From: Octopus sinensis
Taxonomy: Eukaryota
Direction: 5' to 3'
Assembly (NCBI RefSeq): GCF_006345805.1
Contig: NC_043003.1
Coordinates: 60,512,001 to 60,576,000, forward strand
DNA length: 64,000 nucleotides
Of the stretch, positions 26,300 to 37,250 are shown in pieces; the first letter of the stretch is position 1, and each line of letters begins with the position of its first letter. Both the position numbers and the translations under genes were made by a program. The notes under the pieces are model-generated. The model was not told where the DNA came from and searched no databases. It worked only from the letters and a program-made list of their open reading frames with translations.

Positions 26300-26712
26300 A
26301 TGATGATGATGATGATGACGACGGTCGTGATGGTGGTGGTGGTGGTGGTGGTGGTGGTGGTATGGTTACTACTACCTGTGGTGGCTGGCGGTTGTAATGA
26401 TGGTAATGATGAAGATGTTGATGTTACTGATGGTGGTAGTGGTGGTGGTGGTGATGGCGATGTCGACATCGTCGTGGTGATGCTTGGTGTGCTTTTGCTG
26501 CACACCACCACCACCACCACCACTCCAAGCGCCACCACTTGCAGCAAAAGCACACCAAGCATCACCACGATGTCGACATCGCCATCACCACCACCACCAC
26601 TACCACCATCAGTAACATCAACATCTTCATCATTACCATCATTACAACCACCAGTCGCCACACGTAGTAACCATACCACCACCACCATCACGACCGTCAT
26701 CATCATCATCAT
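26300..26712. repeat. Palindrome with ~170-200-bp arms around a ~38-nt spacer
   Basis: ggttactac...gatggcgatgtcgacatcgtcgtggtgatgcttggtgtgcttttgctgca is mirrored by tgcagcaaaagcacaccaagcatcaccacgatgtcgacatcgccatc...gtagtaacc. Confidence 0.9.
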
Positions 26713-27589
26713 CAACACTACCGCTACAACCGCCAGCTCTAGCAGCAGCACTAGCCGCAACACCACCATCTCCACAATCGCGGATCTGCACTGTACTATA
26801 CCCAAGAATTGCATGACTTTGAATGACTTTTGATGAAGTTTGAGTGGCATAAGACAATGTGAAAGGCGATTTCTAGGAACTGAGCTGCCTTTCCCGCAAA
26901 CACATGTGCTTTTATGAAACAGCTGCTGATACAGAAATGCAGAATCCTAATCATCTGCTCCGACGGTGATTGACATGCACTTCAGAACCCTGTTCCGTGT
27001 TAAATTCATGAACCAAGGCCTAGGCCACTGCAAATCCTTGATCAGTATACCTACACCATCTCTAATGCAGACATATCAATTAATGGTGAAGCACAGTGAA
27101 GCTCTTTACACAGTAACAACATAGTGAAAACTGATGCAAATGCATAATGTGCAACTACCACAGTTAGACAATATCAAGCTGCCTAGTCTTTGCCAAATTT
27201 GAAAATATACAGAGACATTAACGAGTGGGTAGTTAAATCCACTGAGAATATATTCCAACACGTTGATGTGAAAACAGATAAGAAGGCATATTTCACAAAC
27301 GCGGTATATGACAATGACCTGGCCATAATCAAGTCAAACCACGCCGATTTAATAATCAAGGATTGTAACATGTAAACTGGTAGACATTACAATGCATTCT
27401 CAGCCAACTATTACCCATGAAGCAATTGGAAAACTGTTTGAAATACAACAAACATAAAATCAAAATATTTACGAAGTGAGACATTAAAGAGAAAACAGTA
27501 CCAAAAATTCAGAAAATGATGAGTCGCTCTTTAAACTGTTTTTAAATTCATTAAGTGCTCGAAGAAATTTCTTTTTTCAGAAAAGATAT

Positions 27590-28330
27590 TCGTTTGTGTA
27601 TCTTTGCTGTTCTGTCTCCAGGGATGAAGATACCATCTAGTTCTAGTGAATTGAGAAGGCTTCAGCTGCTATGGGGACATTGAGAAACATGTTTCTTGTG
27701 GGACAGGGAATTAAAACTATCCATAGAGGCTTGTATCTATGACGCTTGCATCATCACATCAGCCCTGCTATACTCATCTAAGACGTGGATCTCAAATTTA
27801 TAAGATTTTTCCGGACATGTGTAAGGCGTATATTAAACATCGGAAGTATTTTGCATCTGGCACAGAAGTCATATAAAATGCGAGTTGTCTCAATATGGAA
27901 GCTCGCTTCATCAAGCTGCATATGTAATCAGTTGGTCGTTCACTTTCGTAATTTCAAAATTCATGAGTGATCACTGTATAAAGAGGTCGCTCTCCGTGTC
28001 TCCATCACAAACTAAAAGTAGAAAGAAATTCCATGACATCATGAAGAATTAGCTCTAATTCCTTGAACATTGAGCTATAGATTGAAAACATCTCATATAT
28101 AAAAGTAAATGACGGTTTAACTAGAAACAATAGCCAGCAGTTTGAGATAATTCGGATTACTCTTCAAAAAATAAAACATAATGTCCAAAAACTGCAGGAT
28201 ATCGAAGGTCAAAATGGTACTGGAACCATATGTATTCTTGGCCTTTGCATTACAATCTAATGGTGCCGGTGTTTCAACGTGATTCTGCCATCATCTACGT
28301 AACAATTGCTGCCTAACGTTCTAGTATTCG
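27590..28330 (+). mobile_element. Heavily decayed RTE-clade LINE fragment (RT thumb region)
   Basis: Remnants of the RIEKASAA.G.L, ALLYS.ETW and CVRRILNI motifs across frames. Confidence 0.6.
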
Positions 28331-28918
28331 CAAGGGAAACACGTGTAAAGATTGTGTAATTTATGGCGTCATAATAAACTATTACGCTAACTCCTGTTTT
28401 ATTCTGCTCTCGGATATAAATTCAATAGATAATTTAAATGTATACAAAAGCAAGAAGACAAAAAACAATAATCGCTTGAGAATGTATGTTTAGTAATTGT
28501 TTGAAATTTTGATATATATGGATATACACAGAAATCTAAGTATTGGTGAACCGTTTATGTTACCTCACTCGATACAGCAATTCTATAAAACAAATAATGC
28601 ACACACACACACACACATACACACATACACACATACACACACCCATACACACACAACACAAACACAACACACAAACATACATATATCTAAATATATTATA
28701 TATTATATATTATACTATATATATCATGGTTGTATATGTACGTGTGCTATTGTCTGTAGTGTATGTATGAATATCTTTTATGTAGCTGTTGACATCTCAT
28801 ATCTTTTCATATTCATATGCTCTTTCATATGATATCGTCACATTTGGCTGCTTTATCAAACAGATCAAGGAAGCAACTCTCACGCACAAATTCATACACA
28901 CACACACACACACACACA

Positions 28919-28955
<37 letters not shown>

Positions 28956-29053
28956 AATGGATGGATGGATAGATAAATAGATAGATAGATAGATAGATAA
29001 AACTTACTTGGAGAAGGATGAGTGGCATTCGATCATATAATAATAAAAATAAT

Positions 29054-29094
<41 letters not shown>

Positions 29095-29103
29095 TATATA
29101 TAT

Positions 29104-29161
29104 ACGTAAATAAATGGAGTTGAACGCAGGTATTATAAAAATTCTTTTACTTTCGACATAT
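29104..29161 (-). mobile_element. Inverted fragment of the Penelope pseudo-LTR
   Basis: The reverse complement matches 32625-32680 (atatgtcgaaagtaaaag...acctgcgttcaactccatttatttac). Confidence 0.8.
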
Positions 29162-29192
29162 ATAATAATAATAATAATAATATAATAATAAT

Positions 29193-29233
<41 letters not shown>

Positions 29234-29250
29234 TAATAATAATAATAATG

Positions 29251-29287
<37 letters not shown>

Positions 29288-29291
29288 TAAT
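29162..29291. repeat. (TAA)n microsatellite at the 5' flank of the Dong/R4 LINE
   Basis: Direct reading of the sequence. Confidence 0.95.
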
Positions 29292-31797
29292 GTCTTCCCA
29301 ACAAGCAAGGGAAGACATCACAATAGCAGACCTAAGAAAGGCACTCACGAAGTCCCATAATTGGAAATCCCCCGGTAAAGATAGGGTGCCGAATTTCTGG
29401 CTCGCATCGCTCCCATGCGCACACGGTAAGCTAGTTCAGCTGCTCAATGGAATTATGAGAGATCCAAAGAAAACACCTGAATGGTTAGCAAGTGGCATTA
29501 CTTACCTACTCCCAAAGAATAACGAAACCAACCTTCCAAAAAAATTGTGGGCCTATAACCTGTCTATCCACCACGTATAAAATCCTAACATCTATCCTGG
29601 CGGAGAAAACATGCATTCATGGAGAAGAACGATATTTTCCCCATTGAACAAAAAAGGTGCCGCCGAGGCTCTTACGGATGCAAAGATCAACTGCTAATCA
29701 ATCGTATGATCCTTGAGAACTGTCACAACAAGCGCAGAAATCTCAGCACCGCATGGATTGACTACAAAAAGGCCTTCGACAGTATACCGCATCCATGGAT
29801 CTTGAGATCGCTGGACATCTTCAAAATTTCCCCTGTGATTTCAAACTTCCTGAAGCACAATATGTCGTTGTGGAATACGAATCTCCAATTATACCACTCT
29901 AATGGAGTACTTGCCTCAGAAAATATAAACATCAACTGTGGAATTTTTCAAGGTGACTCACTTTCACCTTTAATATTCTGCATAGCCCTAATACCCCTTA
30001 CAAGTGAATTAAACAGAACAGGGTATGGGTATAAAATTGCCAATAAAAAAATAAGCCATCTATTTTATATGGATGACTTAAAACTTTATGGTAAAGACAA
30101 TAATGAACTTGAAGGCCTATTGCGCACCGTGAAAGCATTCAGCGATGACATCGGGATGGAGTTTGGACTTGAGAAGCGTGCCAAGGCCACTTTCCAGAAA
30201 GGGAAAGTGAAGACCACAAATTCAGTCGTGTTAGATGTTGACACAGTCATAAGAGAGCTTGAGCAAGAACAAACATACAAATATTTAGGGATAAATGAAG
30301 GCTCTGGTATTCAGCATGCAAGCATGAAAGAGAAAATCAGGAAGGAATGTTATAGGAGAGTTCGTGCAGTCCTGAAATCTGAACTAAATGCACGTAACAA
30401 GGTGTTAGCTATAAATTCCTTAGCAGTTCCAGTTGTTACTTATAGCTACAATGTGTTGAACTGGAATATGAGTGAAGTAAAGAATATAGATAGAAAAATA
30501 CGCAAGCTGCTGAGCTGTAATAGGATGCACCACCCAAAGGCAGACGTAGATCGCCTTTACCTTCTCAGAGCCCAAGGAGGTCGAGGCCTGATCCAATTTG
30601 AACTAGCTTACAAAACAACCACAATTGGACTGGCCAAATATCTCGAAATATCGAATGACTGGATGCTAAAGCTCGTGGAAAATCACGAGAGACGAAAGAA
30701 GCTTCATTCTGTCATAAAGGAAAGCAAAAAATTTGCTATTGATCTCATGCAGGATACCCAAACTAAACAACCCGAGGGAAGTACGGCAACTATTGTTGCA
30801 AAGAAGGTGAAAATGATGGCAATGAAGAAAGCGCACGAGCAATTGGCTGATAGGTCGGAGGAGAAACCTCTGCACGGCAAATATGTGACCCGCAGCAAAC
30901 AAGCTGATGTTGACCAGAAGCAAACCCATCAGTGGCTACGGAGCTCAGGGCTAAAAGCAGAGAGCGAAGGTTTCATCCTGGCTGCTCAAGATCAAAGCCT
31001 ATTAACCCGGAACTACCAGGCCAATGTGATGAAAAATGGAGCAGACCCAAAATGCCGATTCTGCAACGACATGATTGAAACAGTGGACCATCTAATCTCT
31101 GGATGTAAAGTTTTAGCACCAGTGGAGTATAAATTAAGACATGACAGAGTTGGCCAATATCTCCACTGGCTAATAAGTCGGCATTACAATATCAAAACTG
31201 CCGACAAGTGGTATAATCACCACCCTGAGGCTGTAACTGAAGGAGAAAATGTAACCATTCTGTGGGACTTTCCAGTACATACAGACCGAACCATCAAGGC
31301 CAATAAACCAGATATTGTTGTGAAAGACCAAAACAATAAAGTTGGCTTATTGATCGACATGAGCATCCCCTGTGATCATAATATCTCAGCGAAAGAGTTT
31401 GACAAGCTCAGAAAATATAAAGACCTACTCATTGAAATTGAGAAAATGTGGCATCTCAAGGCGGTTACAATACCAGTGATCGTAGGAGCACTAGGAATGA
31501 TCAAGAAGGGAACCGAAAATTATATGAGAATGATCCCTGGCTTACCATCCCTGCAAGAAGTGCAAAAGATTGTCTTAACTGGTACATCACACGTATTGAG
31601 AAGAGCATTGTCGATGTGAGAACTGTTGCTGCTCATGTATTTTAATTTAACTTTAAAAAAAAAAATTTTTAAAAATGAACGAACTACTGAGTTTGGTTTA
31701 ATGGCCTACCAATGTATACTATGAGTTTCTTTGCCCTAGGAGTCGGGAAGACACTCGGCAAGAAATGGAAGCAAATTTGAAAGAAGAAAAAAAAAAG
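29292..31797 (+). mobile_element. Dong/R4-clade RLE non-LTR retrotransposon, 5'-truncated
   Basis: NWKSPGKDRVPNFWL at the RT start, two frameshifts near 29545 and 29610, then the 666-aa open frame. 3' UTR ccctaggagtcgggaagacactcgg is followed by an A-tract and (TAA)n. Confidence 0.92.
29619..31619 (+). CDS. Partial R4/Dong ORF: reverse transcriptase, CCHC knuckle and restriction-like endonuclease
   Basis: WIDYKKAFDSIPH, FQGDSLSP, FYMDDLKLY, CRFC...ETVDHLISGC, RHD, KPDIVV...IDMSIP, KLRKYKDL. Confidence 0.88.
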   Translation: MEKNDIFPIEQKRCRRGSYGCKDQLLINRMILENCHNKRRNLSTAWIDYKKAFDSIPHPWILRSLDIFKISPVISNFLKHNMSLWNTNLQLYHSNGVLASENININCGIFQGDSLSPLIFCIALIPLTSELNRTGYGYKIANKKISHLFYMDDLKLYGKDNNELEGLLRTVKAFSDDIGMEFGLEKRAKATFQKGKVKTTNSVVLDVDTVIRELEQEQTYKYLGINEGSGIQHASMKEKIRKECYRRVRAVLKSELNARNKVLAINSLAVPVVTYSYNVLNWNMSEVKNIDRKIRKLLSCNRMHHPKADVDRLYLLRAQGGRGLIQFELAYKTTTIGLAKYLEISNDWMLKLVENHERRKKLHSVIKESKKFAIDLMQDTQTKQPEGSTATIVAKKVKMMAMKKAHEQLADRSEEKPLHGKYVTRSKQADVDQKQTHQWLRSSGLKAESEGFILAAQDQSLLTRNYQANVMKNGADPKCRFCNDMIETVDHLISGCKVLAPVEYKLRHDRVGQYLHWLISRHYNIKTADKWYNHHPEAVTEGENVTILWDFPVHTDRTIKANKPDIVVKDQNNKVGLLIDMSIPCDHNISAKEFDKLRKYKDLLIEIEKMWHLKAVTIPVIVGALGMIKKGTENYMRMIPGLPSLQEVQKIVLTGTSHVLRRALSM

Positions 31798-31805
31798 TAA
31801 TAATG

Positions 31806-31856
<51 letters not shown>

Positions 31857-31858
31857 GT
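31798..31858. repeat. (TAA)n microsatellite at the 3' flank of the Dong/R4 LINE
   Basis: Direct reading of the sequence. Confidence 0.95.
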
Positions 31859-31861
31859 AAC

Positions 31862-32800
31862 ATAGTTTTGGTCTCCGAGGACAACCCCAACAGAATTAAA
31901 TTTGTGTCTAATAATTCTAAGATTAAGAATTCTATATACCAATGTAAAATTTCTTGCGGTACCGATGTCTATTTCTACATTGGCGCGTCCTCTTCCCAAT
32001 TATCTAAGAGAATTTCCAATCATTATTCTTCATTTAGGGATAGCAGTAAACGTTATAGCACAGGGCTGAGTAAATTGATTTGGTATCTTAAAGACAACAA
32101 TAAGGATTTTAAGTTAGATTGGTTCATTCTGTCCCTTATGACAAGGCAAAGGATTTTGTAACATTTGCAACTCTGAACTCTTCCATATTCTCTTCTCTAA
32201 GAATCACCTTGTTAACACACTTATAGAGCGATCTTACAAATGTATGCCCTGGTAGAAACATACCTTTAGCTCATATAAGTGATTTTACCAGTCTGTATAA
32301 TTTGAACACTTAGTTCACCTTGCACTTTACTTCAATAGAGAAATCTACTTCCAAGCCTTTGAACATTTTTTCAACCAATATATCCCTCTTTATTTGTTCT
32401 CCATTTATTATTTCTTTACCCCTTTTCTTCCTAGGGTCTGCCTTTGACGTCGGATCTACTAACGGTTTTTTAAAAAATACTTAATAGCGTTCTGTTTATC
32501 ATTTATGCAGTCATCAAAATTGTTATGTCTTGTTGAGATTGGTTCTCTTTCTTTCCTGATGAAAAGATTGCATTATTTTACACCGTTTATTCCTTTGGAA
32601 TAAAACCAATGTTGTCTTCGAAACATATGTCGAAAGTAAAAGTATTTGAATAACACCTGCGTTCAACTCCATTTATTTACTTAAACTATACAAATTACTG
32701 CATATTAACCCGGAGTTTCTACCCTTTAATAGGTCGCTACATCCTTGTTACTTGCGTGAATTTTGCTACCCTGGTAATTGTTTATTGAATTTTCCATGTT
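31862..32800 (+). mobile_element. Penelope-like element 3' part: GIY-YIG endonuclease remnant plus pseudo-LTR
   Basis: NSIYQC...YIGASS...KRISNHYSSF...STGLSKLIWYLK...W, then CNICNSE...N...E...C in a shifted frame. The downstream pLTR carries a hammerhead motif. Confidence 0.82.
32551..32636 (+). ncRNA. Type I hammerhead ribozyme motif (predicted GUC cleavage after 32631)
   Basis: Stem I ctttc/gaaag; CTGATGA core (32556-32562); stem II aaga/tctt with inner hairpin tttattcc/ggaataaa; GAAA (32620-32623); minimal palindromic stem III acatatgt; TC. Position 10.1 is A rather than G. Confidence 0.75.
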
Positions 32801-33511
32801 AACGGTAAAACAAAGGATAATTCATTCATCCATTATATATATATACAAATACATATATATATACAATTCGATTGTGTATTTGGCTCACTTTGTAAGTACA
32901 AATCGATATATGTACACATGAGTATATATGTTTGTCTATGACTATTTGTGTGTGCGCGCGTGTGCGCGTGTGTGTATGTTTACACGCTCTTTACTCTGAA
33001 GGTATATTTAATATAAGCGACTATCTCTGACTTAGCATTCTTCTTGTTTGCGATGATGTTATTGACAATGTATAAATGAAACTAACAAGTAAACAATTTC
33101 CAAAACAGAGAAAAGAGAAAGTGAGAAATCGATGACAGGTGAGTAAGTTAATTCATACGTACATTTTATTTTCATATTTATTTAAACCTTAATTAAAGGC
33201 AGTCTTTTAAGAGATTGTTCCATCGCTATATTTTAATTAAAATTTATTAGTGGTGTGATTTTTGTCAAGAGACCACACGGGATTACACGCTTATCGGTTA
33301 ATGAGCAGATCATAGACGAATCTAAAATTCATAAATATATTAAATTAACTTGTCTATTTCTGTTTAATATCAAATCAAATTTCTCAAAATTTAAGAGTAA
33401 ACTTGTATAACAAAAGTTTATAAAGAAATTCTTACAAATAAATACAGACATACATATATACATACATATACATTCATTCATACATACATACATACATACA
33501 TATATACATAC

Positions 33512-33566
<55 letters not shown>

Positions 33567-33656
33567 TATATGTATGTATGTATGTATGTATAAATGTATG
33601 TACATGTGTGTGTAATATATATTTACATATGTACATATGTATATCTGTATGTGTGT

Positions 33657-33709
<53 letters not shown>

Positions 33710-34967
33710 AGTGAGAGAGTGAGAGAGAAGGACGGGGAGGAGGGAAGAAAGAGTATTTAGAAAGAATATTTTAATTTTAGGAAGAAAAACAAGATCCAAT
33801 TTATGCAGTTCTTTATATTTCATGCGCGGCAGAAAACCTAATTTTAATTACAAATTCAAAAGTTTTATAATTCTGTTAGTGAGTAAAAAAAAAAAAAAAA
33901 AAACAGTTTTGATATTCGTAAATTTAAAATACTGATCAATAAGAAAATTAGATTTGTTGTCTGATTGAATTTTCCTTTTTTTTTGTTGTGTTGTTTTTTG
34001 TTATTATTTTTTTAAAACATTTTTTTCTTTTTATTTCTTTGCAAAATATTTCCTGGAAAATTAAGAACATATTAAACGATTTCAGTAATTAAAAATACAA
34101 TAGAAATCTCAGCTATTTTAAAAATTTATGTAAACTAATCTCCAAATAACACGACTTAATTTTCAGCAAATTCTGTAAAAATATTTGAATCTATTTTTAA
34201 AATCGAATATTTTGCAATGAAATTACTATTAATATTAAAAACGAAAGGGGGATATAAACCATCGTTACAAATGTAAGAGATAGTTTGCAGATACTCATGT
34301 TTCGTTCGTTTTTTTTTTATATTTATATTTAAGAGGTGAATTGATTACGCAAATTGAGCGGAGGTTTTCAGCGTTCATTAACTCGTTGCATTGACTAATC
34401 AAAATTACCATTTTTGCTCTTTATTTACTGTTACAAGAACTAAATGGAAGCCGAGTAATTTTTATTGCTTAATCATTTATTTTGTTGTTGTAGTAGAGAT
34501 TTCAATGAAAGACTTCAAATTCAGAGAACTTCTTGGAAACAATTTATCATGTGATTACTTTTAATATCAGGAATAGTGAAAAAGTAGTATAAGCACAGCA
34601 GTTCGAATCTATCTCTGTCAATGACTGCTTCCCGAAATATATATTATTCTGACTGCTTAGTTGAAAGTCTTCTCGAATGTTTTCTAATTATTAACATTTT
34701 TTTTTTACAATTTGGAGAAAGTGAAACTGACCATTGACTAATAAGGTGAAATCTCCGGATATTCTTCTGTCTAATGACTCTTTATATTAACTATGTTAGC
34801 ACCAACTTAACTATATATACTCAATGCAGAACGCAAGCCTAGGTTTTTTTCTCTAGTCGTTCTCTTAATATCGGACATCTGTTAATGTTTGTTAACTCAA
34901 AATTTTAATATCTGTCAGTCATTTAACACCTAGCAATCTGCGATTAAAATATAATCAGAATTGTAGT

Positions 34968-35358
34968 TCTTTTCTTGGCACTCCGTCGGCTACAACGACG
35001 TATGTTCCAGTTGATCCGATCAACGGAACAGCCTGCTCGTGAAATTAACGTGCCAGTGGCTGAGCACTCCACAAACACGTGTCCCCTTAACGTGGTTCTC
35101 GGGGAGATTCAGCGTGACACAGAGTCTGACAAGGCTGGCCCTTTGAAAGACAGGTACAACAGAAACAGGAAGAAAGAGTGAGAGAAAGTTGTGGTGAAAT
35201 AGTACAGCAGGGTTCACCACCACTCCCTGCCGAAGCCTTGTGGAGTTTTTTGGTGTTTTCGCTCATTAAACATTCACAACGTCCGGTCTGGGAATCGAAA
35301 CCGCGATCCTAAGACCACGAGTTTGCTGCCCCAACCACTGGGCCATTGCGCCTCCACA
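34968..35358 (-). mobile_element. SINE family C (tRNA-Arg-like head), tail type 1
   Basis: Reverse complement ggcgcaatggcccagtggtt...gtttcgattcccagacc carries box A and box B. Confidence 0.85.
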
Positions 35359-35624
35359 GAATTGTAGTAGATTAAGTTGAAGGTTCACAGAAGACTTGCA
35401 ACGTACTTCCCTATAGTTCAGCAGTTGCCATATTTGATACACGAACTCAGAGCAGTGGTTTACCTTAGCGTCGTATTCCATATTTCTCAACTCATCGGGA
35501 ATTTCACATTATTGAGCTATGACGTAACATACTGAATCAGGTGAGAGACCTATTTGAAACTCAAGAATGTCACAGTTTGATTAGATGGTATAAAACTAGA
35601 TACCGTGCAGAAGAATTTGTGTAT

Positions 35625-35841
35625 ATACTTTTCTACTCTTGGCACAAGGCCCGAAATTTTGGGGGAAGGGGCCAGTCGATTAGATCGACCCCAGTACGCA
35701 AATGATACTTAATTTATCGACCCCAAAAGGATGAAAGGCAAAGTCGACCTGGGCGGAATTTGAACTCAGAACGTAAAGACAGACGAAATACCGCTAAGCA
35801 TTTCGCTCGGCGTGCTAACGTTTCTGACAGCTCGCTGCCTC
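35625..35841 (-). mobile_element. SINE family B, tail type 2
   Basis: The tail reads cccccaaaatttcgggccttgtgccaagagtagaaaag on the minus strand. Confidence 0.88.
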
Positions 35842-36348
35842 CATCCTGCTTCATACTCTTGTGGAACCTGGGCAACTCTTCAGTTGGTCAGCTCCTGTCA
35901 ACTCGTCCAACCCAAGCCAGCATGGAAAGCGGACGATAAATGATGATGAGGAGGAGGAGGAGGAGGATCATCATCATCATCATCTAATGATATATTTCAG
36001 GATGGTCATTTCTTTCTTGCCAAATAAACACACGTTCTTCACTCCTTTTTAATTGCTCTTATTTTATATCCTGGAATTTAATTGCTCTTATTTTATATCC
36101 TGGAAAACTCTCGTCACACACCTGTGACCTCTTCGGTGACTCTGCATCCTGCGTGTCTCTTGTTCTGTTTAGTCCAGGAGGCGACATGTAGGATGGAGTG
36201 ACGCTGACGAGGTCAAATAATGTGTGGCGAAAGATTTCCAGACAATGGACATAAGATAAAATAAGAACAATAACAAACGAGTGAACAAAGAATATGTAGT
36301 GCGTGTGTTTATTTGACAAGAAAAATAAAATGACCATTTTATTTTTAT

Positions 36349-36768
36349 TAAGGCGGCGAGCTGGCAGAAACGTTAACACGCCGGGCGAAATGCTTAGCGG
36401 TATTTCGTCTGTCTTTACGTTCTGAGTTCAAATTCAGCCGAGGTCGAATTTGCCTTTCATCCTTTCTGAGTCGATTAAATAAGAACCAGTTACGCACTGG
36501 GATCGATATAATCGACTTAATCCGTTTGTCTGTCCTTGTTTGTCCTCTTTGTGTTTATCCCCTAGTGGGTAGTAAAGAAAGAAGTATTTCGTCTGTCTTT
36601 ACGTTCTGAGTTCAAATTCCGCCGAAGTCGACTTTGCCTTTCATCCTTTCAGGGTCGCTAAATTAAGTACCATTTACGCACTGTGGTCGATGCAATCGAC
36701 TTAGTCCCTTTGTCTGTCCTTCTTTGCCCCTTCTATGTTTAGCCCCTTGTGGGCAATAAAGGAATTAG
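36349..36768 (+). mobile_element. SINE family B tandem (full copy plus partial copy), tail type 1
   Basis: Full copy 36349-36585, then a second body and tail starting gtatttcgtctg. Confidence 0.85.
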
Positions 36769-37039
36769 AAAAATAAAATGACCATACTGAAATATAGCAA
36801 TATCTGTTTCAACACGTTTTCACATCAGGAATCTTGTAAAACAAATACACAAACGTAACATATATGATCATAGTTTTGATGAAACATAAGATGTATTGAT
36901 AGGCATTAAGTGAAATTTTTGTATTGAACTCAAGTGATATATTCTGTTTCTGAGCTTAAACCTTTAGTATCTTAGTGATATTAGATAATTCTGTTAGAAA
37001 ACAATAACTGTGGTATGTAATAACTGTGACATGTAATCA

Positions 37040-37250
37040 TTTCTACTCTAGGCATAAGGCCCGAAATTTTGTAGGAGGAGGCCAGTCGATTAGATCGACG
37101 CCAGTACGTTACTGATGCTTAATTTATCGACTCCGAAAGGATAAAAGGCAAAGTCAACCTCGGCAGAATTTGGACTTAGAACGTAAAAACAGATGAAGTA
37201 CCACTAAGTATGTTGCCCGACGTGCTAACGTTTCTGCCAGCTCGCCGCCA
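37040..37250 (-). mobile_element. SINE family B, tail type 2
   Basis: Head, Meta-like domain and type 2 tail. Confidence 0.85.

Noticed and set aside
27190-27375. 61-aa ORF (RDINEWVVKSTENIFQHVDV...)
   Set aside because: No recognisable domain or splice context; it lies among decayed LINE sequence.
36047-36105. 30-bp tandem duplication aattgctcttattttatatcctggaa
   Set aside because: An ordinary local slippage duplication.
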